Shown piece after piece: positions 14,228-29,683 of a stretch of DNA of 64,000 nt; within the stretch, counting starts at the first letter, position 1; each line of letters opens with the position of its first letter. The notes under the pieces are model-generated. The model made no database searches. It saw only the letters and a list, made by a program, of their open reading frames with translations, and had not been told where the DNA came from. Made by a program: the position numbers and the translations under genes. Source of the DNA: Eledone cirrhosa (Eukaryota); NCBI GenBank assembly GCA_964016885.1, contig OZ024747.1, positions 19,716,001 through 19,780,000 on the forward strand. Reading direction: 5' to 3'.

Positions 14228-15849
14228 CCCTCACTCTCTTTGTATACGTGTATGTGTGTTTCATTACGTGTAGATATATGGCATGATTTAATTTTGAAAC
14301 GTCTTTTGGTATTACCTCCGTTTAAATCAAATGAAGAATCGCGTGCATTTATATAGAGTAATGTGGAAAAGAAGATTAAAAAATTGTATGAAGCAAGCTT
14401 TTAAATCTAATGAGAAAGGAAAGGTAGTCGAAAGGGTGCAGAAGGAAAAGAAGAGAGAAAGTGAGCCTGTGCTTTTGTAATTGTGTTAAAAATTAAATCA
14501 AAAATGGAAAGTTAATATAAAATATTCAAAATATAACGAGATAGAAATGGTGATAGAGACCAAATGATAGACAGTTAAAGAGAGAGAAGGAGAGAGAGAG
14601 AGAGATAGAGAGACAGACAGAGAGAGAGAGAGAGAAAGGGAGAGAGAGAGAGAGACGGGGTTAGACAGAGATAGAGAAATGGGGGAGAGTTAGAAAGGGA
14701 AGGGGTGAGCAAAATTAGTTGAAAATCTGAGGAAGAGATGAAAGCCTTGCGGGAAAGTAAAATTATTTTTTGTGGAAGCTCAACAATCTGATTTCCGATT
14801 TTGTAGCATATCAACGCAATTAAGAACGGAATGAAGCAGATGTTTTACCAACATTTCAAGTAGCGGCCAATATAAAATATATGAAATTCTTTCTGATATA
14901 TATATTTTTCTAATCGTTGTAGTTCACCTCGATATTTCTTCTCCTTCTTCATCTTCTCCTCGTCCTACTTCTTTTTCTCCTTCTCTCATATCAATACCCT
15001 ATATTTTCCTACTTTTCCACCGGCAACTCCTAATTTTTGTATGATTTACAACTTTAACAGTTTTATTTCCTCAGTATCTATGTTACCATTCATAATCTGT
15101 TGTCATTGAAGTTTTTATCTTCGTTATCATCACCATCATCCTCTTCGAGATCGCCGACATCATTGTTAATAAATCAGTAATAATAACAATAATTCTCCCT
15201 AACATTGGTAGAAAAGCAGCAATTTGGAGTGAAGTCGACTGTATACACCTGTATTTAAATGGTACTTTATTGCATCGACCATGGATGTACGAAAGGCAAA
15301 ATTGATCTCGATAGGATTTGAGTTCAGATCACATAACGTCTTAACGTCATTTTGTTCGAAACTCTACTGGTTTGCTAATCTACCACCCTTCCTAATTGTA
15401 TCACTAGGCTAGTAATTTGCGTGACAGAAATGTTTTTTTACGAGAGTAGGCTAAACATTTCATAGAGTGACTATGAAAGATTGATGCTATTGCTGTGAAA
15501 TCTTGCATGTATTAATTTCAACTCTTCTTATTAATAACTGCATCGTTTCTTTCCAGGGACTATGTTATAAAATCAATTTCATTTTGTCATTCCATGAGAA
15601 TATGTTGGTCAGCCTATGAAATGTTCGCCCTATGAACATTTCAGTCGATCATCGTATATAGATCCAATGTCTTGAATGCATCTTTATGTTATAAATCTTA
15701 GAAGGATTGCTGGAAAATTAGACCTCAGCGTGCATTGAACTCAGAACGTAAAGTGCCTGAGAAAATATAGCTAAGAGTTTCTCCGACGGTCTGACTACTC
15801 TGAGACTACAATAATAATAAAAACAATAAATTTAACAATAATCTTAATG

Positions 15850-16555
15850 ATAATTCTCTCTACAGGTGGCACAGGGCCGGTAATTTGGAGGAAAGGGAAA
15901 AGTTAATTAAATCAACCCCGGTGTGTTACTGGTACTATATTTTATCGACGACGTGTGGATGAATAGCAAAGCTACCTACGGCGGAATTTGTGTTCCGAAT
16001 GTAAAGGAGCCATAAACATATGCAGCAAAGCATATTTTCCGAGGTTCTACAGATTCTGCATTTTGTCCGACGCTCTAACAATTATGCCAGTCCACGACCT
16101 AATACTAGTATTGTTTCTACTTTTGGCACAAGACCAGCAATTATTCCAGTTCAATACTGGTGCTTTATTGTATTGGCCCTGTAAAGATGAAAGTTAACCC
16201 TGCACGATTTGAACTCAGATCATAAAGGGCCGTAACTCTCTGCTGCAAAGCCTGGCGTCCGACTCTCTACCGATACTGCCAATCCAACAATACTAGTAAT
16301 AAAGGTTTCTTATATAGGCACAAGGCCAGCAATTTGGGGGAGGGGGAAGTCGATTAAATCGACGCCAGTACGGTACTGGTACTTTATTTAACCGACCCGT
16401 AAGGATGAAAGGCAAAGTTAACCTCGGAAGGATTTGAACTCAGGTTATATAAGGGCCATAACTCTGTGCTGCAAAGCATGGCGTCCGACCCTCTACCAAT
16501 ACTGACAATCCAGCAATACTAGTAATAATTGTTTCTACTTTAGGCACAAGACCAG
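15850..16555 (-). mobile_element. Head-to-tail cluster of SINE family 1 copies
   Basis: Successive reverse-complement copies at ~15850-16100, 16105-16290, 16305-16515 and a partial copy at 16525-16555. Confidence 0.8.
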
Positions 16556-17457
16556 CTACCTCTATACACATGCTGGAGAACTGTAATCATATATCTAAGG
16601 ATTTGTGAATACATTAATTTCAGTGGTTATGTCTAAGGTATAATGTAGGAGATACTATGTTATGATTGACTATGTAAGCAATATATGTTTCTTGGTAGCT
16701 TATTTAAATGAAGTGCAAGCTTTACTCTCTTTCTAATTCTCGATTTCCAGTCTTGTATCCAGAGTGTTAATAACTGTTTGCCTCTGTACCTGCAAACGTT
16801 TATATCAAAGGAATATAAGATTAAACTCTCGAGAATGATGGATTCAGAAAAGAACTACATGAGATTGAGCTGGAAACATGGAAAATTGCTAGTATAAAAA
16901 CAATAAATCCTTGTGATGTATCAAAACATAGTTATAATCTAAATTTATCATTTTCTTTATTAATGCTTGTTGTTTTACAGTTTTTTTTTGTATTAAACCA
17001 CTGTCATTTCCTTATCGTCATAATTCCCTAAATGCATGATCAAAGATTCGATATTTCATTCCCTCATCGTTAGGATGTAGAGCGTGGTTGGCATGTAAAG
17101 CTGTTTTTTCAGTGTTAGATAGGATGATTTTCATTTTTAATTCATCATCTATCACATTTCTGATATATGCATACAATAACGGAAAACATATTTATAACAA
17201 CGTCCGAGCATGCCCTTGCCACAAACAAATTAAACCTGCCATAAATGAAAAAAACCAAAACGTCAAATTTCAAATTAATGTGATAAATTCTATACCAACT
17301 ACATTAATCCTGTCTAATATAAGGAGAGACACCTGGACAGGCCAACATACTGTGACATACTGCAGTGATGTATGTGGTAACATTGAAGGAATCGTTTTGT
17401 ATTTAGAAAATTATTGTTTCAAACGAGCTGCATGTCACTCATATAGATATATGAAAA

Positions 17458-18095
<638 letters not shown>

Positions 18096-18096
<1 letters not shown>

Positions 18097-18303
18097 GGAA
18101 CGAGTAGGAACCCGACGGCTGAGCTCAACCCGTTTCGACGGCTAATTCTGGACTAAAATTGGATTTTAGTCCAGAATTAGCCGTCGAAACGGCTTGAGCT
18201 CAGCCGTCGGGGTCCTACTCGTTTCTATTACCCACACTACTACCCTAATTATTGAGTACTTTGGTGCGTTATGGTCCATCTGGCTCCTTACCACATTTCC
18301 TTC

Positions 18304-18310
<7 letters not shown>
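18096..18310. mobile_element. (TA)n-embedded palindromic repeat family (also 1775-1835, 2705-2925, 56296-56472, 58037-58093)
   Basis: Shared CCAGAATTAGCCGTCGAAACGGCTTGAGCTCAGCCGTCGGGGTCCTAC in inverted pairs; contains the GAAAC..GUC half of a hammerhead. Confidence 0.75.
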
Positions 18311-18355
<45 letters not shown>

Positions 18356-19167
18356 TAGTATAATTATGCATACACCACACAATCACACATATATACATAC
18401 ATATATATATATATATATCGATATGTGGTTGGCAAATCTTGTATTGGTAGGCATATGTCATTGTTTCGTGATAAGCCATGATATTCCATTCCAAAACCTA
18501 ATAAAAGCTTTCCGAAAATTTACGAAGTAATACTTAAGTTTTGACTTGTGTTCGAAGTAGGTTTCTCTTACAATATTGACATCGGAAATCTACTCAACAG
18601 AATTTTCCCTTTCTTGGAAAGAAGCCTATATTTAATTGTGTATAATTTTTTTTATTGATTGTCATTCGAGCAAGTAAAACACATGACAAAGCATTGTTTG
18701 GGTGGCTAATTAAGCTAATTATATACTTGCTTCTTCAAGTATTTCAATTCTTTGGCAGTGCCCTGAGAATTTATTCTGTTCAATTACTGGTCTTTACAAT
18801 AATTTTAATGAATGTGAGAAGTATTTGTTATGATATATTATTATATGGTATATGGTTGTGTGCGTGTGTGAAAGATATTGTGTTGCTGATCGCGTGCTTA
18901 TATGTGGAACTATATAATTCAAATAGTATTATCATTGATGCAGGCTTGCCTATGTAGCAAGGGAGTTTCTAATGTACGAACTTGGCCTCAGCCTTATTCA
19001 CACAGCTTAGCAACTTGTGAAAATGCTGTCTACTTGAGCTCGGGGCTAACCAATGTCTTGTGAGCCAAATGTAGGAGATGGAAACTGTGTGGAACCAAGT
19101 CATATGTATATAATATACTCAACAGTATATATATATGTAAACCAAGTCATATATATATATATAGTGA

Positions 19168-19468
19168 AATAATTGTTTCTACTTTAGGCACAAGGCCAGC
19201 AAATACCCAGTACATTACTGGTACTTTATTTTATCGACCCCGTAAGGATGAAAGGCAAAGTTAACCTCGGCGGGATTTGAACTCAGATCATAAAGGGACG
19301 TAACTCTATGCTTCAAAGCATGGTGTCCGACTCTCTACCGATACTGCCAATCCACCTATATAGTGAAATAATTGTTTCTACTTTAGGCACAAGGCCAGCA
19401 ATTACCCAGTGCATTACTGGTACTTTATTTTATCGACTCCGTAAGGATGAAAGGCAAAGTTAACCTCA
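19168..19468 (-). mobile_element. SINE family 1, one full copy plus a partial tandem copy
   Basis: Reverse complement of the consensus at 19168-19356 and 19368-19468. Confidence 0.85.
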
Positions 19469-19644
19469 TAAAGAATAATATGGGTCGGCTGTAGTACAAA
19501 AAGGGTTTATTTACAGTATTAACAATTGTTTTATTAATCAGGTGAGTGTAAAAGCCGCTGATCACAAGAAATTACATCACTCGACCTTAATTACAGTGTG
19601 TGCCTGATCAAATCATCGGATTACCTTAAACGATACCTTGGTAT

Positions 19645-19705
<61 letters not shown>

Positions 19706-19712
<7 letters not shown>

Positions 19713-19987
19713 TTAGTTAAGCAAACCAAGACCACAAACTTCACAAGGAAGACATTATTAAAAAATTGTCAACATATTTTAGTTTGATGTAAGGAATGTA
19801 GAGAATAATAATAATAATATTAATAATAAAGGCACACGGTAGGCGTAGCAACGGACGTTATTATTATTAATATTATTATTATTATTATTCTCTACATTCC
19901 TTAGATCAAACTAAAATATGTTGACAATCTTTTAATAATGTCTTCCTTGTGAAGTTTGTGGTCTTGTTTTGCTTAACTAATGAATAT
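19706..19987. repeat. Inverted repeat (~125-bp arms) next to (TA)n
   Basis: 19706-19830 is the reverse complement of 19858-19987. Confidence 0.85.
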
Positions 19988-20163
19988 TTCCAGCTCTGTG
20001 CACCTAACTTCTGCATGAACCCAGCCACCTAGCTGCTTTCTACTGCATATTGCACATTGAGCACATGCCTTTACGCTTCGGCTTCTAACTAACTCACAAA
20101 TCTCTCCTCTCATATCTCCTCTACTATCTCCATCTCTCTCTTTAAGATTGGTTACTCTTGAAC

Positions 20164-20210
<47 letters not shown>

Positions 20211-20676
20211 AATACATATAAACATGAGAAAACTCATCGCTAGAACAGTGGTTTAGGCAACTTAATGCTGTCAAAGACAGTGATGAGCAGAAAGGCCACA
20301 GAAAACAGAGACCAGCGGCCAGTGGTCAACAGAGAGACAATCCACAAGGTGGCCGACATACAGATGAAAGATAGAAAAGTTTGAAAGAGGAGGACACGGA
20401 GAAATTCGATGGGGTGCAGAATGAACTGGAAGAAGGCAATAAAGAAAGGCGATGTACAGGACACGTTTACACACACATGTTCACCCTCATCAACTCTCGA
20501 ACCAGCAAAATCTACGCACGATTTAATCGAGAGTACCATTTTAAGATTCTGTGCCGTACAGAAGAAAAATGAATCTTTCTGCTGGGTTGATGTGCATGTG
20601 ATAAACCAAACATCACAAATAGAAGGACAAAAGATAACAAAGAAAATAAAATAATGGGATAGTGAACCTATCATAT

Positions 20677-20731
<55 letters not shown>

Positions 20732-20732
20732 C

Positions 20733-20780
<48 letters not shown>

Positions 20781-20781
20781 C

Positions 20782-20845
<64 letters not shown>

Positions 20846-20850
20846 GCATG

Positions 20851-20879
<29 letters not shown>

Positions 20880-20881
<2 letters not shown>

Positions 20882-21150
20882 TAGAAAGTGAGTTTTTTTT
20901 TACAAAAGGAAAAATAACCGAGGTGTCCTACACGAGTGAAAGTATAAAGAAAAAGAGATGAAATCGAAAATGCAACTGGAGTCTTATTTTTTTTAAAAAT
21001 ATATATTTATTTGGTTCCTTTACCGGTTTCACAGTTCTTCTGCTTTTCAAAAGGTGATGCGAAACCGGTAAAGGAACCAAATAAATATATATTTAAAAAA
21101 AAAAATAAGACTCCAGTTGCATTTTCGATTTCATCTCTTTTTCTTTATAT
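20880..21150. mobile_element. Second copy of the 57007-57385 family, hammerhead at 21017-21054 (-)
   Basis: High similarity to 57007-57385 in the opposite orientation; inverted arms; (TA)n flanks. Confidence 0.8.
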
Positions 21151-21221
21151 TTATATATATATATATATATATGTATACATATATATATATATATATATAT
21201 ATGTATACACTCAGTATACAC

Positions 21222-21530
21222 TGAGGTTGAAAAACTCAGAGCTGTATGGGAGCATCCCAAAAGTCAGCCCAAAAGTGACACAGGGGAGCCTGAGGTTGGC
21301 TGGACATGCTCACGGACATCCAGAGTTGACATTGCACTCAGTGCTCCTTTGGGAGCCCCTACATGGACACACTAGAAGAGGAAGACCAAGGTTAACATAT
21401 GTTGATGCCCTAAGGACAGACACTGGTCTGTTGGAGATGCAGGATATGGCAGCGATAATGAGGGACAGAGACCGCTGGAGAGAACTCGTCCATGGATCTC
21501 GGGAATTTTACCCGCCTTAGATAGATAGAT
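21222..21530 (+). mobile_element. RTE-clade LINE 3' fragment
   Basis: NSELYG..LRLAGH..HPE..LLWEP.HG..RRGRPRLTYVD.L..DTG..DRDRWR; short (TAGA)n tail. Confidence 0.75.
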
Positions 21531-21548
21531 ATATATGTATGTTACACT

Positions 21549-21601
<53 letters not shown>

Positions 21602-21655
21602 GGGAGTGTAACTCGTAGTTACTACAGGTTCACCCAAACGTCCTTGTTATCCTTT

Positions 21656-21706
<51 letters not shown>

Positions 21707-22282
21707 CACATTTCTCGTGTTTATATCTACTGTTTATCTATGTACTGATTCCGAAATGATCAACTAAATCACTTCAAGATGATGCCGATGCATGGACGCA
21801 GTCTAATAACTAATATATGAAAAATAAATTTTTTTTTTTTGAATTCTAGAATATTAAAGTTTGGGAATATTACCATGGATATCCAATACACTTTGGGATT
21901 TAAAAAGAACTTATAATGTTTGAAGAACAATCTAACAAATACAATCTTCGGTTGATAAAGCACGATGCGAAGTATGTGGTAGTGAAATATTTATCAATGC
22001 CACCGAGTCAATGCTATTGACTACATGTGTTAGAATTTATGTCTAGTTCATTACGTCCAAAGTGTATCTAAGGAATGATTGTTTGCGGTATTTAGTTACG
22101 ACCTTCTAGATTCACAGTTCAAATTCTGTCGAGGTCAACTTTGCCTTTTATAGGTCCAGTGTCGATACAATAAAGTACCTGTTAAGTGTTTGGGTGGATA
22201 TAATCAACTACCCCCTTACCCTAAACTGCTGTTCTTGTATAAACTTTAGACATAATGATAATTACTATTACCGATGATGGTG

Positions 22283-22510
22283 TGGGCGATGGATTCGCGG
22301 TATCGGTAGAGGGTCGGACGCCATGCTTTGCGTCATAGAGTCACGGCCCTTTATGATCTGATTTCTAATCCCGCCAAGGTTAACTTTGCCTTTCATTCTT
22401 ACGGGGTCGATAAAATAAAGTACCAGTCACACACTGGGGTCGATTTAATTGACTTTCCCCTTCCCCCCGAAAATTGCTGGCCTTGTGCCTATATAAGAAA
22501 GTATTATTAC
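22283..22510 (+). mobile_element. SINE family 1, long variant
   Basis: Consensus plus a GGGGTCGATTTAATTGACTTTCCCC insert, also seen at 16310-16510 and 34855-35070. Confidence 0.85.
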
Positions 22511-22729
22511 TAATGATGGTGATAGCGACAACAACGACGATGATAATGATGATAATGATGGCAGTGATGATGATCAAGAGGATAACAGCAACAATGAAAA
22601 CAGCATTTGTATCGTTAATACTATGGAAATAATTGTTTCTACTTTTGGCACAAGTCCAGCAATTATCCCAGTGTATTACTGGTACTTTATTTTATCGACT
22701 CCGTAATGATGAAGCAGAAAAAGAAGAAG

Positions 22730-22764
22730 CAGAAGAAGAAGAAGAAGAAGAAGAAGAAGAAGAA

Positions 22765-22795
<31 letters not shown>

Positions 22796-22800
22796 AAGAA
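22730..22800. repeat. (GAA)n microsatellite
   Basis: Seen directly. Confidence 0.95.
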
Positions 22801-24708
22801 AACTTAGTGATTTAATTGTCTTCTTATAAAATGTTATGTAATCTAGGAATCATTTTTAACGAGTACTATGGTAAAAGCTTAATAAAAATTCTGACTATCG
22901 TGAACAGTGAACATAATAAGGTAAACAGAGAGAGATATAGACACCAATGTTTCGTCTCTCTATATTAAGCATATGACATTTAATTAGAAATATTTGAAAG
23001 AGAGCGGTAGAAGGGGAAGTAACTATGTGTTTCTTTATAATTACCACCAAGGAATACATTTTCATTACAAAACATAAACCCGCTATAAAAAATGATTAGA
23101 ATTAAATGACATATAATTGCTATTATAAGGAGGAATAACTAAACATAAACCGACAAATAACAATACAGTAGAATTAAGCAACATGTGGTTATTATATCAG
23201 CTAATAAATGTTTCTAATATTGGCAAAAGGCCAGTAATTTGGGGGTGGGATGGACATTCATTACACTAACCCTGTACTTCGTTTGTAATTTATTCCATTG
23301 ACTCTTAAAGGGAAGGTTGCAAGGAAAAGTTGACCTCGGCAGGATTTTTATTCTTTTTTTTAATTATTTCACTAGTCGTGTATGAAAATGAAATATAAGA
23401 AAGGTGCATAAAATAAAGAAGTATGGTAAACTATTTACAAGGAAGAGAATAAACATTTATTAGGAATGGAATGAAGCGGTTCATTATTGAGAATTCCCTA
23501 ATCAAGGAAGGTAGGCCATCGAAACAACTATCATTCTCTTCACGAATGCTTATAAAAGGAGCACGATATGCATTTTTTATTTTATTCACTAATTTTGAAA
23601 TAATTTTTTAATGTTACAAACAATGTTAGGTTTTTTCCACAAACAGGTTTGTTTATTACTAAACATATCTTTTTAATATATTTTTTACATCTTTTAAACC
23701 GGGAAGAGTCTCGTCTTTGCATACAAAATGATTCCAAAAAATTCGTTTACGACAGGAGTAGCTGAATTTATTGAATTTTGTTATAGTTTAACTATTATAT
23801 TTGAAATTTACCCTAGAATACTTCGACGTATATTTATGATTATTCTTAGACACAGTTAGGTGTAGAGTTATGACAAACCTTGAACATTAGTCTCAAGTGA
23901 GCAACCAAATTTAGTTAATAAATGTATAGTATTTTATTATCAAGCATTAAAGGCCGAGAGTAAGATCCTTTGAAATTATCCCGACTGCACGTTTTTGTAA
24001 AGTATGAAGTTTACTTAATTTTCTATTCTTGACACAACCCCAGGCTACCGTATATTAAATAGGTATTAACAACCGAAAAATATTCATTGTTTTGTTGTCC
24101 CAAAACGTACATCCACTACAGAGTATTTCAATTTGAGTTTGGTTTCTATTGCTTGAATGTACAATTTCCATTTAAATCTTCGTCAATAACAATTCCCAGC
24201 AACATTTGTAGATTAACCCCTCTCACTAAATTGTCTAATATAGAAAGACGATTTAACAATTTTTCTCTTTATTTCTATTTGTCGTCTTTCTATTTTAACC
24301 CATCATAATCGTCTGCATTACATAATATCACACATTCTACTACTAAACATCACAAACCATTATTTATACATATCACATCTTCCTTAAACTCCTTGATAAT
24401 TCAACATTTCCAGGATAGTAATCAAACAACGAATTCTGTATGACCGTCACTTCTGAAGTGTCTTCACAAGAAATGTTCCCATGAAACATAAACTCCAATT
24501 AAATATTCCACGTAGATATTTCGAAATATCTGTTATTGTTATATCTCAATATTTAAAATAGTATTTTATATTTATGAAACTACAACTCCATATATATTTA
24601 TACACACATGCAAACTCACACAAAAGCAAGCGTAAGCGCTCACATAAATACACACACGCACGCCCCCCCCCCACCCACACCACACACACATTACACACAC
24701 ACACGTAT

Positions 24709-24775
<67 letters not shown>

Positions 24776-24804
24776 ACTATCTATATATTAATATATATAT
24801 ATAT

Positions 24805-25000
24805 ATTTAATATAGAAATGGCTTCTACAGGACTAGAACTGCTTCATTCGGGGGGAAATCACCAGGAAGCCCTGATGAGTTCTCCCGAATGAAACAGTTC
24901 TAGTCCTGTAGAAGCCATTTCTATATTAAATATTTTACTCTGCTATGTATTGAGTACCTTACTTACTGTGGTTACCCCCGATTGAACCTGGGATAAGTTT
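24805..25000 (+). mobile_element. Palindromic Penelope-type terminal remnant with hammerhead core (24872-24916)
   Basis: Homologous to 6725-6927 and 44648-44790; inverted arms; CUGAUGA GUUC UCCC GAAU GAAAC..GUA. Confidence 0.75.
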
Positions 25001-25280
25001 TTATATATGTCTGAATGTGCGTATATACATACAGGCAGACAAAAAGACGGATTAACCCGTCCCTGCAGAGACATTTTCAGCATAGAATGTCTTTCTTTCA
25101 ATTTATATTTATTCCACATCAGACTGTATCTCCTCTGTGCCTCATCTCCCGTTATTTATACCCCGTGGCACGTCTCCATGAAGATCCTTTCTATGGACAT
25201 TTACATAGGGAAGATGTATGTTGAAGTGGTATCAGTGGCTTGTTGTGTAATTTAGCGTGGGCGTCTTTATATATATATAT

Positions 25281-25768
25281 GGAAACTGTTCAGAGACGTG
25301 CAACCAAGCGAATACCCTCCATCAGGCATCTACCATACTCTGAGCGCCTTGCTTCCCTGGGCATGGATTCATTGAAGCTCCGACGCCTGGCAACTGACTT
25401 GGTAAACACCCACAAAATTATTAACCATCTTGCCAACAACAACCCTGAGTACCTTTTCGATTTCCATGTGTCTAACACACGTGGACATGCCCACAAAGTA
25501 AGAAAACAGCACAGGTCCCATGACTTTCGGAAACATTTTTTCACGCTCAGAGTTGCTGAAGCATGGAACAAACTACCTGCATCAGTTGTTAGCTGTCGAG
25601 ACACTGCATCCTTTAAGGCCTCCATGCTTCCCGAGATCCGCCAACACTACAGCTAACACATACAAACATGTACTTCCCTGGCATTTGTGTATTATTCTAT
25701 GTACTATATTGACGAGTTGTAGTGCACCTGAGCACTTTACACAATAATTTCATTATTATTATTATTAT
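25281..25768 (+). mobile_element. CR1-clade LINE 3' fragment
   Basis: ETVQRRATKRIP..YSERL..L..RRL..DL..HKI..TRGH..K..FFTLRV..WNKLP; 3' UTR ends in (ATT)n. Confidence 0.85.
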
Positions 25769-26029
25769 AACCATTAACCTTGGTGAGGATAACTATCTGC
25801 CTCATAGCGAAAACAATATCCACTACTGATGATGTAGATGGATGGAATAATATGTTCACATTGACAGAATGCATGAGACAATCAATAAAACCCAGACTAT
25901 TTCCTATATTTTGTTTTTCTTTTAATCTTTTTCGGAATTAAGAAACTCCATGGGACGCAAATATCGAAAATCAAATCTGTTTTTCGTTTGGTGACATCAC
26001 ACATACAGACATAGATATACGTGCCTTCT

Positions 26030-26105
26030 CTGTGTGTGTGTGTGTGTGTCGCTGTGTGTGTTTGTTTAGTTGTTTGTTTGTGTGTATGTGTGTTTGTTTG
26101 TGTTA

Positions 26106-26154
<49 letters not shown>

Positions 26155-26357
26155 TGTGTGTCTGTGTCTGTGTCTCTATGTGTTCGTGTTTATTTGTGTG
26201 TGGTTGTGTGTATGTGTGTGTATGTGTGTGTATGTGTCTGTGTGCGTGTGTGTCTCTGTGTGTGTTTGTTTGTTCGTTTGCGTGTGTGTGTGTCTCTGTG
26301 TGTGTTTGTTTGCGTGTATGTATGTGTATATGTGTGCGTGTGTGTGTGTGTGTGTGT
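26030..26357. repeat. Degenerate (GT)n tract
   Basis: Seen directly. Confidence 0.9.
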
Positions 26358-26769
26358 AACTGTGTGACTGTGTTTGTGTATTTTTGTATGTGGAGCTTTG
26401 TAAGTATTATTATGCGAGAGTCTATGACTTAGACTTTACATAAAGAAATATAAAGCACATTCGAATTGTAAGATATCAATAATACAGTAATATAATAATC
26501 TATATTATTGTAATTATGAGCTTACTTAGTGTATTATTTTTGTTCTTACTTTGTCTTTGTTGAAATCTCCCACAACACTTAGATAATAACAAGAAAATCA
26601 ATTGAGGAAAAAAATTCTTCATAATACATTTATATGTTCCTGTTTATTAGCTATCCGTTTTATAGTAACTCTTTGTCTAGTGACTTATATACATATACGT
26701 ATTTACATGCACGCCGCAATATATAGATACATACATTCATATACATACACACACACACGCACACACACG

Positions 26770-26832
<63 letters not shown>

Positions 26833-26914
26833 GATAAATTAACGGAGGCATAGGCCCTCGCTATTCCCTGTAAATAATGTGCTCAAAGGAGAAGAGATCC
26901 TGAGCTCTTTAAAA

Positions 26915-27095
26915 TACAATATGTTGAAAAGGTAATACACCAGAGAGAGATATATAGTGCGTTATCAATAATACAGGGAAAAACCACCAGTGTGTGGAAT
27001 CTATAACCTATGACCATCTATGGTCGTTTTTCCCTGTATTATTGATAACGCATTATATATCTCTCTCTGGTGTGTTACCTTTTCAACATATTGTA
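26915..27095. repeat. Inverted repeat (~70-bp arms) within a TA-flanked island
   Basis: TACAATATGTTGAAAAGGTAA..CAGGGAAAAAC versus GTTTTTCCCTG..TTACCTTTTCAACATATTGTA. Confidence 0.8.
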
Positions 27096-27918
27096 TATAT
27101 ATATATATTGGGTCAATATATACATATGTTTCTATATGTCTCTTGTGTTGAAAAGGAGGTCAAGTATGTAAAAAATGACTAAATAATTGCTCCGAAGAAT
27201 CCAAACCTCGGTTTAGAGGAAACAATTGTAAGCAAATAAATGATTTAAACTGAACTTTGATTCATGTAATTTCTATATGTATATATATCCTCGATAGCTG
27301 TTCCATTTACCGAATTATTATTATTTTTATATGAGTCCCCAGTGTCCGCGCATCGCCTGGAGACTCGGCTGAGAATGACCTCCCTGATGACGCAATGAAA
27401 TTCTCAACAGTTCATTACGTAACTGTCTTTATCCCATTGCAGAAACTAATTAGTTGGAGTGAAAATTTAAGTAAGTAAGTTAATTTTTTAAAAAAATGTT
27501 TTAAAAAAATGTTCTTATTTTACGTCTTTTATATTATTGTTCTGCATTCTCCTGCATTGAACCACCTAGGTACTATGACATAACCTGTGTATTTGCTGGT
27601 ATTAGCGTACATCTGTGCGCTTATGTTAGTAGATATATTAAATTATCTCTCTCTATATATATATATAGTTTTGCGAGGTTTTTGATATGAAATCGTGTGT
27701 CGAAACAAATATTGTTATACTTGGGGAGGGTCATATTTGTGTAATATTGCCAGAATTAATAACAGAACACACCCACTGTTTGGTTGGTTTTCGCTTTTCG
27801 CTTCTGTGTCTTTTATATCGGTTAATTTAATTTATTCGGTCCTCAATGTTGCCATTGACTGACCAACGGTCAAAAATAATACAGATACAATATAGACAAA
27901 AACACATATATATAGTTT

Positions 27919-27960
27919 ATCAAAGTTCTTTCGTTGCACATCTGCAACATCGTCAGTGGT
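27919..27960 (-). ncRNA. Hammerhead ribozyme, same family as 10292/10484
   Basis: CUGACGA-U GUUGCA GAUG UGCAAC-GAAAG AA CUU; stem II covaries with GUCACA/UGUGAC. Confidence 0.7.
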
Positions 27961-28478
27961 GCTATTGTTTCCTCCCGTTGCATTGTATTTTCTACGCCAT
28001 CTTTCATATATACATATATCTATATATATATACATATATATATATGTATATATATATATATATGTAAATATATGTATATATATGTATATATATATATATA
28101 TTTATATATATGTATATGTATATATATATATATTTATTAAAATAACAGATTAAAGTTTAAGCAAAGAATCGCTGCTTTCACCCTTAACGGGATCTTATGA
28201 AACTAACAAAGTCAATCTGTGAACGCAGAAGTGAATATTTCAAAAAACGTTGCAACGGGAGGAAGACAGGAAGACGATAGTTTGGTTCGTGGAAATTGGA
28301 TTCGCAGTCGTGAGGTTGTCGGCTCGATTCCCGGACTGGGTGATGCATTGTGCCCTTGGGCAAGACACCTTTTACATGTTGCTCCTTCTACCTGGACAGA
28401 TAGAGAGTATTAGCAATTAGAAAGACCAACGGAAACATTGATTCCTCGGTCTGCTTCGATGTAAGTCGATCGACTGTA

Positions 28479-28931
<453 letters not shown>

Positions 28932-28933
28932 CT

Positions 28934-28974
<41 letters not shown>

Positions 28975-29013
28975 CAAGGTTGATTTGTTATGCTTTCATT
29001 ACGTTTATTGATT

Positions 29014-29098
29014 GGTGACGCGCGTTTCGCTATTGATCAACTCAAGGTTCGATCTGTATCGATCTGGCCTGAATCTTGAATCAAAAGCTCGTCAGATC
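29014..29098 (-). ncRNA. Hammerhead ribozyme with extended stem II (second copy at 52866-52949)
   Basis: GAU-CUGACGA-GCU UUUGAU..~50 nt..AUCAA UAGC-GAAAC GCGC GUC-ACC. Confidence 0.7.
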
Positions 29099-29518
29099 TC
29101 TGCTGTTATAATGACAGAATATTTATATATATATATAGAGAAGCAGACATGTGTATGATTATTGTTCCGCAATCCCCCACGATTGATCATAAATACACTT
29201 AACTCCAACAGTAGTTGATAACAACTAAAATTGTATAGGGTACAAGATGAATCTCTCCTATGACATTTTCTCTTGTCGACACGTTTCGAAATTTGACTTA
29301 TCTTTGGTGCACAAACTGCATCAAATCTCCAGTTCTAAATACTTTACTGATTATATACAAATGAGTTTCTGGTCTTAATTCTTGATATAAATTCATATCA
29401 TCTCCCTTCCGCTTCTTCAATCTGTGTCATTAATCTCTACACTCTATTCTGTGTAACGAACCGCAGGTAACAGTTGCAAGCAAGAGATTTCCTTCATCTC
29501 TTATATTTAACCATTAAG

Positions 29519-29683
29519 AATAATTGTTTCTACTTTTGGCACAAGGCCAGCAATTACCCAGTGCATTACTGGTTCTTTATTTTATCGAAACCTGTAAGGA
29601 TGAAAGGCAAAGTTAACCTCGGCGGGATTTGAACTCAGAATGGCAAGGGCCGTAACACTATGCGTCAAAACATGGCGTCCACC
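29519..29683 (-). mobile_element. SINE family 1 copy
   Basis: Reverse complement of the consensus. Confidence 0.85.

Noticed and set aside
20455-20500. Degenerate hammerhead-like motif (UUGAUGA..GUAAAC GU GUC, - strand), with a similar one at 29275-29335
   Set aside because: Core and stems are too damaged to support without homologs
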